From contig NW_026781909.1 in the NCBI RefSeq assembly GCF_031769215.1, positions 1,054,001 to 1,118,000 on the forward strand: 64,000 nucleotides of DNA, in the 5' to 3' direction. This DNA comes from Ylistrum balloti. Lineage: Eukaryota. Shown here in pieces: positions 1 to 11,900 of the stretch. The stretch's first letter is position 1; every line of letters starts with the position of its first letter. Under the pieces are notes generated by a model that was given only the letters and a program-made list of their open reading frames with translations, did no database searches and was not told where the DNA came from. A program made the translations under genes and the position numbers.

Positions 1-307
1 TGTCCTACCTCACATATCAACAGTCTGTCCTACCTAACATATCAACAATATTGTATGTCTGTCCTACCTCACATATCAACTGTCTGTCCTACCTCACATA
101 TGAATAGTATTGTAAATCTAACTTACCTCCCTTCTCAACATTATTGTGAATATATCCTAACAAAAAGTCAACAGTATTGTAAGTTAGTCTTACCTCACAT
201 ATCTGCATTACTGTAAATTTTCAACATTATTGTGAATATATCCTAACAAAAAGTCAACAGTATTGTAAGTTAGTCTTACCTCACATATCTGCATTACTGT
301 AAATTTT
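1..307. repeat. Degenerate tandem repeat (about 25-bp tgtcctacctcacatatcaac units) followed by an 86-bp direct duplication
   Basis: tgtcct-started units at 1, 26, 60 and 85. Segment 135-220 is repeated at 221-307. Confidence 0.8.
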
Positions 308-1754
308 CTTATCTGACATATTAACATGAATGTAAATTTAACTTATATTTCAATAAAGCACTGACTGTTTTTACTCCTGACGATATATATTAACATGGTA
401 AAAGTTTGACCGAAATCCCAAATCATGATTGGTTTGGTTTTATAAATTCAAATTAGAGAAGTTTGCATCGCGAACAAGATTTATATAACCTTACAGTTAA
501 CTAGAAATGGACATAAGAATTGAGCGACTAATGAAACATTTAAATTAACAAAAAACAAAAAATCAAAGAATCAAACTTACCATACTATAAACTGGAGTGA
601 CCGTATTAAGCGATGAACCTGACTGCCGACCAATTAGGGACACCGAGGTGAAGTCAGTAAAGATAATAGCAATTGACCAAAATATACAGTCACTGCAGAA
701 AACAAGGTATGTATGATGATCTGACCACTTTGTGTTATATGTATATTAAACGTATACACACATTTTTATTCTGTAAAATGAAACTTTGGATAAAAAATGA
801 TATCTTGATATATAATTTTTTGTTATCAGTATTCTCTAAGAAACATTATTTTTACATTGTATGTACATGCCAGAGGTATTGTACTGTATAATCTTTTATC
901 AGTGTTTGAAGTTATACAGAGGTAGTATATACCATAGAACATGTTCAGTGCGTTTTGACAATACCCAGTTATGTATTTCAGTCACCTTGTCGTTTCCTTT
1001 GTTTAAAGTACGAGAGGCTCTGTCGACTGTAAGAAAATATCGATTAGTTTGAATATAATTTAAAAAACGATTGCAATTGCCAACAACTATGAAGCAGTGT
1101 TTAAGCTACCACTGGAATGGTTAATTGGTTGTAGTGGTTTAAAAGTCTACGCTGTCAAACAAGAAAATACCGACATACCAACAGAATTCAACTTCTTATA
1201 ACACAACCAGCAGAAGATTAACGTGTAACGTTCGATGACCACACGTTTCAGACAAGCCGATGAAACAAGGGCAAGATATGAACATTTTGTTTACTGTTAA
1301 TTTTCCTGAGGTTGTCAGTATCAATATAATAGAAACACTTATAACACAACCAGCATAAGATTTCAGATTGTACAAAAAATAAAAAATACAAGTAAATAGC
1401 ATGCTTTATTACAAATTTAGAGTGAGATACACTAGTGCAGTGATGCTAACGACTTTGAGTAAAGTGTGGCATTCCGATGACAACATTGCCACCTTCGAAA
1501 AATGACCAGCATGGAGCGTATTAGCACTAGTGTACGGAGTGTAAGAGATGGCAGGATATCTCATCGCCTTTTTCAGCCGAACTATGAGTCCGCATACACT
1601 ATGGTAGAAAACAACGGGACGAGTTGGTTGAAATATTTTAGAAAAAAATGTACACAAACTAACTACATGTCGTTTAACACTTGGTCATAGATATGCGAGA
1701 GGACGTGTTTTTGTTGACATTCGTGACTGTAATCAGCGTATCAATACATGTCAA

Positions 1755-2200
1755 ACAGACCTTCTGATGTCCATCAATTTCACTTTCAGATGTATTGATT
1801 ACGTCATGCCGTTAGATAACAAGAAAGTTAATGAACACGTCCATCGTTTATACCCTGCATATATTGAATAAATTAAGGCCAAAGACATCAGCTGTTTTTG
1901 TCAAATCTTTTCTTCCAACGAAACCAATATACTAACTCTCCACAAACCCAATGATAATTGTGATGATCCCAATTTTCCTATTATGAATTTTCAATTTGTA
2001 AATAGCAGCAATCTCCAACCTATCGTGTGTACATGTCCCAGTTGATTCGATGCTCTGGGGCCTGATAGACAAACTCACATCACAGGGCTTTGAGGAATGC
2101 AAGTTATTATGGGGGAGTCGTCATAATGATCTTGTTGAGAAATATTCTATTCCCTCTTAAGTATGATTTTAGCTGAGATTTTATAAATGAATCTTAATGC
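1755..2200 (+). pseudogene. Decayed reverse-transcriptase fragment, Penelope-like retroelement
   Basis: Translates as SINFTFRCIDYVMPLDNKKVNEHVHRLYPAYIE*IK (about 1770-1880) and NDNCDDPNFPIMNFQFVNS (about 1950-2005). These resemble the PLE RT motifs FRYIDD..IYP.ELEIK and YDKRDDFNFPIVNFPFL. In-frame stop and altered catalytic motif. Confidence 0.6.
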
Positions 2201-3719
2201 TTATTAATATTACACGTCCTTCAAAGGCAACTCTACACCGCATACTGCAAACGTGTTGCACAAAAGCTGAAGTGATTTAAAAGATAAAAGTCAAATTCAT
2301 TTAAGATACTGTATATCACATTTTATTTCTCCAGATACATGTCATCTTTCGTTGCTTATGAGAACATCACATGAAAACTCATTATGATAATGTGCGATTT
2401 TCTATGCTGTGTCACTGTCAGATGCATGGCAATATATTACAAGACAACAGAAAATGTAACATACGAAGTTTTATTAGTCTAGCGTGGAATATCTGTATTT
2501 TCCCTCTTTAATTCAATTTCATATTACTACTTATCTTATAATTATGATATACATTTGATCTCTGTCATTTTCATTGAGATTAAATAATTTTTTATATGAT
2601 AATTCAGAGTTTTATAGCATTAACCGTAGTGACAATGAAGCAATATATCAAATTTGACTAAATTAGATGAATTGACCACATTGTACGATGTTTTCGGCCC
2701 AACTCGCCAGCTTTCGTGTCCGCTGCTACTTAAATCAGAAGCATTTGAGCGTTAGAAAGAGTCAGTATTGCAAAGCTTCTAAATGACTCAGATGTTCCAC
2801 TGTATGGTTTACAAAACTCATGAAAATTATAGAATGTAAAATCTAAAACCAAACCAGGTACGTGCTGCCACACTAAAGTAAAGCTAAATCATACTAACAG
2901 TATTATATATCAATGAAGCAATGACGACAGCACGGACAAGTGTATTGTTACATTTTCGAGACAATCTGTTTATCAACAACTTACAACAATCGAAGTTGAT
3001 TTTTGTCTTATAAAGGCCTTCCATCAGCCGAAGGGATTAACGAGACCTAAATTTACACCACCACTCTCGATTTAACTTTATAACTATGTATTTATTCTAT
3101 GCTCTATGTATTTGATGTATGTGATAAAGGGGTGGATTACCTCGAAAGTTGTTTTACAATTCGCTTGTCCGTACTGTCGCTATTACTTCATTGATCACAT
3201 ATATATTCCAGTAATACACATCCAACGAGCACTTGTCTGTTAGGATCCAGTATCAATATATATATATACCAGTGATAATATACACAGAACTGCACCTATA
3301 TGTGTGGAAAGATAAGAGTCCTGCTAGCGGTTCTCATTCAAATAAAAGCTCAGATTTCAAGCGGTAGTAATAGAACATTACCAGTTGTAATATAAATCGT
3401 GTTAGAAAGCAAGCTACATGTATTACTAACCCCACATAATATAGCTATATTTCAATTTCCAATGAACGGGATAGACACGACACATATATACATTAATATG
3501 TATATACTGATTAGCGCTTAATTTGTGATAAGGATAATGATGATAACTTATTTTATTGAATTGTCACGTATTAACTCTCAATACAAACATACACAATGCA
3601 AAACTGTTTAAGGGTTAATCAATATCCGGCTAAATAAGGACCTGTTAGACACCATTTAATATCTACATATCTATAACATTATTGTAAAAAACATAACATG
3701 CATTACTAAAGGAATATTA

Positions 3720-4562
3720 CTTATCGGCAGAGATATTACTATATCTTCAGTGTAGCTTATCGGCAGAGACAATGATATTTCTATATCTTCAGTGTAGCTA
3801 ATCGGCAGAGAGAATGATATTTCCAAATCTTCAGTGTAGCTAATCGGCAGAGAGAATGATATTTATATATCTTCAGTGTAGCTTATCGGCAGAGAGAATG
3901 ATATTTCTATATCTTTAATCTAGATAATCGGCAGAGAGAATGATATTTCCAAATCTTCAGTGTAGCTTATCGGCAGAGACAATGATATTTCCAAATCTTC
4001 AGTGTAGCTTATCGGCAGAGACAATGATATTTCTATATCTTCAGTGTAGCTAATCGGCAGAGACAATGATATTTCTATATCTTCAGTGTAGCTTATCGGC
4101 AGAGAGAATGATATTTCTATATCTTCAGTGTAACTTATCGGCAGAGAGAATGATATTTCTATATCTTCAGTGTAACTTATCGGCAGAGACAATGATATTT
4201 CCAAATCTTCAGTGTAACTTATCGGCAGAGAGAATGATATTTCTATATCTTCAGTGTAACTTATCGGCAGAGAGAATGATATTTTCAAATCTTCAGTGTA
4301 ACTTATCGGCAGAGAGAATGATATTTCTATATCTTCAGTGTAACTTATCGGCAGAGAGAATGATATTTCCAAATCTTCAGTGTAGCTTATCGGCAGAGAC
4401 AATGATATTTCTTTATCTTCAGTGTAACTTATCGGCAGAGAGAATGATATTTCCAAATCTTCAGTGTAGCTTATCGGCAGAGACAATGATATTTCTATAT
4501 CTTCAGTGTAACTTATCGGCAGAGAGAATGATATTTCCAAATCTTCAGTGTAGCTTATCGGC
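3720..4562. repeat. 42-bp tandem array, about 20 copies
   Basis: Unit ttatcggcagagagaatgatatttctatatcttcagtgtagc; period 42 (tgtagc at 3961 and 4003). It explains the 14-aa repeat ORFs 3920..4621(-) and 4066..4596(+). Confidence 0.95.
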
Positions 4563-5973
4563 TGCCGTAAAAATAAGTATACGGAAGTATTTCTAAGATA
4601 CCTTTCTAACAAAAAGTACATACACTTGAATGATTATTATCTACTATTTGCCATTTCGCATGTTTCAAATATAACAACTAATGATGTTGATAATACGTAC
4701 GTGAACTAACGAAGCAGAGACACACAGGAAGGCTCTGAAGGCTTTATAATTGCAGGACATGGCGCGCAAAAATATTCAAACTTTGAGAAAAGTCTCATAA
4801 AAACACATAAGTAATGAAGACATTGCCTATATTATGACATCACAATCGAGTTATGATTGGTGCAGCCAATAGAAATAAGGCTCCAGGGGATATTAATGCT
4901 GATGACGTATATGCCAATTTTGCACGTGCTATATCACTGTATAACAGTAGGGTTATAAACAAGCACAACCCTTGTTTAAATTTTTTTTCCTGTACAATGT
5001 CGCCACATTCTAAAGAACAACTTAACAGAATGACATCGTTAAATGTTTGTGGATTTCTGAAACTAACAGACATTTACTAAATAACTGATAATTACTGACA
5101 TACAATAGAGTCACTATATAGTAATTAGTTCTATATACAGGGAAACTTTCCCGGTCTCTTAAGTTTCTTCCGTTTCTCCCACTTTGCCCTTTTCGTTACA
5201 GACCGAAGATAAAGAGGACATATTCGTTGTTATAAGGCTCAGGGCGTATTTAACGCTTGGGGAAAGTGAAAGGTGTTTTGTGAATGTTGAACCGTACACA
5301 ATATGTTTAGTTAATAAAACACTTCATCAAAGTATGACTGCTTCATCGACGAAACCCGTCATATGAACCTTGGAAGTTGGACAAGACTTATTATCAAAAT
5401 ATTCGTACAAATTTTTTTAGTGAACATTGTACTTATTGTGCTTTCTGCTAAGTACCAAATTTGAATAAAGAAGTTGAAAAAATTGTCAAAAGCTGATCAA
5501 TGTAGTTCATAGTCACATACTATTATAACTGGTCTACTTTCATATGAAATAGCTTTGAATACTATACCAGAATGTCCCTCAAGCAACCTCAAATAACTTA
5601 ACAACAATGAATATCACTATGATTGAAACATAATCTGACAAATTACTGGACATCCAAGTTACAGGATTGCAAACGGGGTGACAAGGTACATTCTCAATTT
5701 CAATCATTTCTCCCTGCGAGACGAGTTGTCAGATTTTGAACGATTATGGCAGAAATCATCCTTAGCAAATTAGCACGAGTACATATAACACACAAATTGC
5801 TAAATGACTCATTTGTCACAATGTCTTGAAATTTTTCAAAGCGCCCACACAAAAGCTGATGTTTTGGCTACCCCACTATATTCAGCCGACCTTAATGAAT
5901 TTTCGGGCGAACCATTGGTTTATCACTGAATGACTGTAGAATAGTCAGATTGGCATCACCACTTTTCCCTACT

Positions 5974-8900
5974 TCAAACGGTGAGATTTAAGCCCATTGT
6001 CGTTGTAGTCTGGTTACCACTTGCTTCGTGTGGCGTCGAATTTCCAGTGAAGAATGCGATGAACTCTACAATGTAAGACATGCTAGAACAGTAATTATTT
6101 TCCCGAGTATTCGTCAGAGAAAAAGGATTGATATAACTTAAAACACAACTTCATTTATTAAGAATATTCAGAGGAATATTTGTTACGTTCAAATGATGTT
6201 TCTAAGATTAAATTCCATGTATGCGTGCTTACCATTTAAATCGATTAACCCATCACTATTTTTGTCCGCTGTTTTTATCAATTCGTTTACTTCCTCCTCT
6301 GTCATTGGTTCACCGAGATGCTTCAAGGCGATCCGCAATTCTTTAGGATCAAGAAATCCATTTCCGTCTCTATCAAACGTTTTAAAAGCCCAGATCAACT
6401 CTGCGATTTCGTCAGTGGTCTCTTTTCTATTTTTCATCAACGTAACAAATTCCGGAAATTCTAGACTCCCATTTCCTGTAAATAGTTAGGTAATGGCATT
6501 GTGAGTTGTGATTACACCATAAAAGTCGCGTGAACAGACAACATTTTGAACTTTGACATGAATGTTTTTCCTCAATAAGAATTTATTTTTTGAACGAACA
6601 TCATTGCACGATGATATGATGATATGAAACTTTCATAAAACTTTTAAATACAGTGGATTGCCAGATTTTTAACGGAAGCGGTACATAGCGTCACTTTGGC
6701 GTCATTGACGACGCCATGTTAATAAAATAGATCCAAGAATAAATAATGATATTGAAGTGCTTACTTACCATGTGCAAATACCTGTATAGCATTACATCTA
6801 GATATCTTACATGTCTCTTAATACTTACATTTATATAAAACTATGGATGTACCAGAAAGACAAGATGTAGAAAACATCGAGCATTTACAAGCGGTAAAAA
6901 GTAATGAAAAAGCCGTATCTAATTACAAGCGCAATCGTCATGCGGCGTAAACGCACATTGATTAATAGCCACAAATCACCTAACGGAGCTATACCTAAAT
7001 TGTGAACCACTACAAGTTGACTTTCCGGAAAAAAGGAGTAGATGCATTAAGGGTCAATTTTGGCCCCAGCATAGATTTTCTTAATTTTTATATCATGCAA
7101 ACATGGACATATGACATTGATAAAAAAACAAGTTTTCAATAATTCTGACAATGCGTTGCCTAGCAACGGGCCTGGAAACCAACCTACTCTTTACCGTCTA
7201 TTTGCACATTTTAGTGATATTTCACTGTTTTTTTTTATTATTTGGTGAAAATATTTAATCAATTTTTACATATCAATGGTATGATTTAAAAATCATATCA
7301 TATTTGTGATCAACCATCATATATTACATGTTTAAGATTTCCTAGCAACACAATAGCAACCAAACTCTCTCCATAGCAACGGATTGTAATAAATACAATA
7401 ATGGACACAGAAAATTGATGATAATACTCAAGGGCTGTTTAGATTATGATACATCTTAAAAATGTAAATATGATGATACAATAGAGCATATAGGTGGTAT
7501 TCCACAGTAACCATGTCTTACCATAGCAACTAAATATTTCACCATAGCAACAGTACATGCAATAATCAGTACATCAATTTGTCAATACTTCCGTACACGG
7601 TTATCTTTATATTCTTGGTTAATTTGAAAAGGATATGAAATCAAACATGTTACAGTTAATGATTCTTACAAAAGTTAAAAGTTATTTCAAATAAACATTA
7701 TGCACTAACAAAATACATTGTCATTCGAGATTAAAGCCAATTCCTCAGTCGATCAAGTGACCATCGTGCATTTGTAATTACATTTTTGGAGATTCCGAAA
7801 TTTATATGTAATTTACATGGCTACATCGGTAAAGCTGTGCTGTTTTATTCCTCCGTGTTACCTTCATCATCACTCTCATCAATACTGATTGGGTCTGGTG
7901 TATAACTGGCATCTTGTAAATATTGTGTCCAGTCCTTACTAAAGTCAAAGGACTTGTCTAAATGACGTGCAAATCCCATATACCATAAGATGGATGCAAC
8001 ATGGGAGCAAGTCCCAACCACCCTCGCCCCAGCACGGCATGTACAGTACCATCCTTGCACATTACAATCATCAAATGATACCCACAATTGGTAAAGTTTT
8101 GAGGAAAAATGTCGGCTCTGTATCTTGGCATTGATCAGATTAGCATCTACTTTACAGATAGATACTTCATATCCTCCCGTTTCGCTCATATGTTCCTGTG
8201 TGTAGGACCGTGCCAGTTTGAGCTGATACACTCCCAGTGTCAAATTCCGCAGGTCTTCTTCTGTCAGAACAGGAAATATGATATCAGTTGTGGTCTCCAT
8301 CTTCTGCCACTTACTAGGTCGATTGAAAAGGCCTTCTCGTTCAATTCTCTCCCAAAGAGAATTCTGCTTCCGTGACAAATGCAACATTTTCGATCCTAGC
8401 AGTTGATCTTGCTCTGCATCCCCCGTGCTTATTGGTGTACCGAACTTGTTGAAGATTGCACACACAATCCTGACAATATCGCCTATGTATGGAATCTGTG
8501 AGTTTGGCAACACACGATCCAAATATTTCCAGGTTTTTAACCGTCCATTCACAGCCTCAACGACCCATCTGAAAAATAGTAAATAGATGCATTTTGAATG
8601 TGAATAAATGCAGTATTCAAATGCATATGATGGTAACTATATCAAATAAATTTTGTTTTCAATTTCGACATCTTCTAAATGGACAGGTTTATGCAGTTCA
8701 ACTTATAAAATCGAAAGTATCTAATTCTCACTGGGAATTACCTTTAACCATTTTAATGATATATTAATACAAATAAGTTATAAATATGTTGTAAAAGCAA
8801 TTGGTAAAGTTAGTAAAATGTTACTCAGAACAAAGAGAGACCTTACCTTATTTTAGTAACAAGCCTGGAAGCGTTGCTTTCTCCGGTAGTGTGCTGTTTC

Positions 8901-11900
8901 CTTTGCTTGGAAAAAGAAGGCATCTCTGTTTGTATTCCTAGCTGTTGTAGGAGGTCCATGGAATCTCTAAAGCCTCTGTCAACCACAAACACATCATTTT
9001 CCTGAATCCACTCCTTGATTTCTTGAATGTTGGAATTTAAAATCTGATTCAGGATGCTGGCATCATTGTTTTTGGAATCGGCAAAATAGGGACCTAACAC
9101 GGACACTATGTAACCTGTTGTGGTGACAAACATCATAGGTTTTACCAACGGCCGGTGCTTATGCATGCTGTAACTCCTCCTTTGGAACATAAATTGGCCA
9201 CTCTTTTGTATATAAATGTAGGTGCCATCAATTACAAGAATGGCTGGTTCCATAAGTCCTCCAAACAATGTTTGGGCGAGTGGTCTTGTGTGTTTCAGTA
9301 TAACATCTTGTCGACTTACATGCTGAAATCCCAGATTTGATGGAACAAAGTCTTTCGCTAGTGCAACTCTTGCCGATGTTACTGCACGTCGAATAGAATC
9401 TTTTCCAATGTTAAAAACTGTTGATAGGACTTTATTTGACATGCCACTTTTTAGTTTAGTAAGAAAGATGCCGACACAAGATTTAATGCTCCTATTCTTT
9501 GAAGATCGCACAGAACCAGCACAGTGAGTACACAAATCGTTAAAATGCTGTGTACATAGTCCAGTTAGTGTAATGAAATCTTCATTCGAAAGGGCATGCG
9601 GTGAGTCAAAGTCAATGCGTTTGCTTTGCTGTGTATTTGCTACATCTCTAATCTTAGAAATCAATGCCACTATTTCAGTACGATTAAGAGAAGATAGGTC
9701 ACTTTTTATAGCAATGTTTTCACAAGCATCATTTTGCAATAGACCATCCTCGATATGATGACTACAACATCTTGCTCCGAACGGAACTAAAACCCCTTTT
9801 TGCAGGAAGAGGTCGTATTTCGCGTCACGAGATATTACCACCAGTTTCTTTGGGTAAGTATTGCATACAAAACATTTTTTGTGGCTACTTCCAGTGGATG
9901 GGATTGAAAGTGTAATATTCCGCGGCGATGAAAGGATGTTCTTTGTTGATTTATTACAAGGGGCTTCAACTGAAGAGTGGTGTTGAGCGATGTGTGTACG
10001 ACGCTGTAGTATTGAGCGATGACATGACATACGACACTTTCCACAAATGACATCTTCTTCTTTTGTTTGTATCATATATGTTTTCAACAAATATTTTCTT
10101 AGTGAAGAGTTTTCCTTGCCTTTAGTGAAGCGCCTGTCCCCAGGTTTTGTTCTCTTAGAACAAACAACACACCGAAATTCTCCCTTTCCAGGCATCCTAA
10201 ACAAATAGATACTAACTATATTAAAATATGTCCCAAACATCAGAAACTAAAGGGCGTCTGGGCATTTACTTATTGTATGTTGAATAAATATGAAACATTG
10301 TATCCATCACTTGTTGTTTATACAGTGTATCATGCAATACTGATCTTCATAATGTTATTACAATGATTTATCAAACATGTAAATTGATGTGTTAACAGGG
10401 ACCCGAGTCAGATATGAGCATTGCTTTGACTAGGTGTTAAATATTTGTATTACTTTACTAGAAGTCAATAATTGCTTTATTATACAGTATATACTGTATG
10501 AAATAATAAAATAATAGCTATTTTAGAAGCTGGTAGCTGGACTCATATGAAGTAATCGAAAATGTTTATCATTGTTCTTCATAAATAGCCAACAAGGAAA
10601 GACTGGACAAACAATTGGAGGGAGACAGACAGTGACAATTACATTAAACACATGTATAATAGAAAAAAAACCTGTTTTTATTACAATACATATATCAGTC
10701 ACCTTTTTTAAAATAAAATATTGTAGTTGAAACGGAAATAAACATGATAATGAGAGAATTCTCCTCCAAGTATTTCAGATTTCTGTTACTTAACAATTTG
10801 AAGCATAGAAATAAGATTAATTCAGGAACTTCCTAAAACACTTACATGTAACTTCAAGAATCTCCAGGCATTTTCTCGCTACTCTCTGTCTCCTATTACA
10901 TCACTAGTAAACCTTAAAGAATGAAAATAATGAAAATAAATAATCTATTAAATCTTAAGTTCGGTGAAAAATCTGATTTTTACAAAACTTTATTTTAAAG
11001 AGTAGCTAATGTATATTATGCCAGTGTCAATCTGTTTTAAAAAAATATATATCAAGCCAGTGTTTCGTATGTTTCCCGTAATTTGTTTTTGGTAACAGTA
11101 CATGTAGCATTGATACTGGCTATACAGTATATCTGGAGCATATAAACACGTTTATATATACATGTAAGCATGTACATGTATATACTTCATTTAGTTATTC
11201 AGGGATGTGCCATTATAACAAGAGTTCTCCGAAATATACAAGCCAATAAACTAACTGCAGCCAAAAATGAAGCTAGGTCAAAAATATCAAATAGCCACAA
11301 TATAATAATGTTCGATTCATTGTGCTGACGAAACTTACAAAGCAGAAGACTTACGTTTAATTTCTGAATCAAATGTATCCATAAAAATATTTGAATTCAG
11401 GTCCTCAGGATCGTTATGTTACTGGGATTCTTCAAAAGAAAATATACATGGTAAGATTTTTCATCGTATTAATTTTACAATAGTATAAATGAGAGAAATT
11501 ATACCCTAGCCCATAAGAATTAACACTTTAGTTTCTGCACGTATATGCTGATTATTTGATGCTAGCAAAAGTAAGTCCGACGCAAAAAATATATATAGAA
11601 AAAAAACTACCCTAGGTCGATAACAATTCAGCAAAATGACATCTAACGCGATGTAAGAGTTTCAATATATCCAAAAGAAATATTTGTAACACCAAGACTA
11701 TCGATGCAGATATAATTGTTTGTATTAGAATGCAAGGATATTTATATGGAAAAATACATGTAGCAACATGATATAACGTCCTGAAAATATTCTAATATTT
11801 ATAATTATTAATTCTATCAGTACATTATTGATGAATATAACTATTAAAATCGAGAATAATTGAGGTGAAAGTTATAGAAAAAAAATAAGAATAAAAAATA

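Noticed and set aside
3920-4621. 233-aa and 176-aa repeat ORFs as protein-coding genes
   Set aside because: Fully explained by a 42-bp tandem unit lacking stops; no non-repeat domain or splice context.
5022-5056. Alternative last exon for CaM-like A (EIHKHLTMSFC*)
   Set aside because: In phase, but 6065-5974 gives the expected EF-hand exit helix EFIAFF and is closer.
6769-6781. Possible micro-exon or ATG exon (CACATG|GTAAGT)
   Set aside because: No calmodulin similarity, stop codons upstream in frame, and it lies only 300 bp from exon 4, leaving no room for exons 2-3.
10196-10240. N-terminal MFGTYFNIVSIYLFR of the 465-aa ORF
   Set aside because: Reads as a polypyrimidine tract and acceptor (TTTGTTTAG); the likely start is ATG at 10195.
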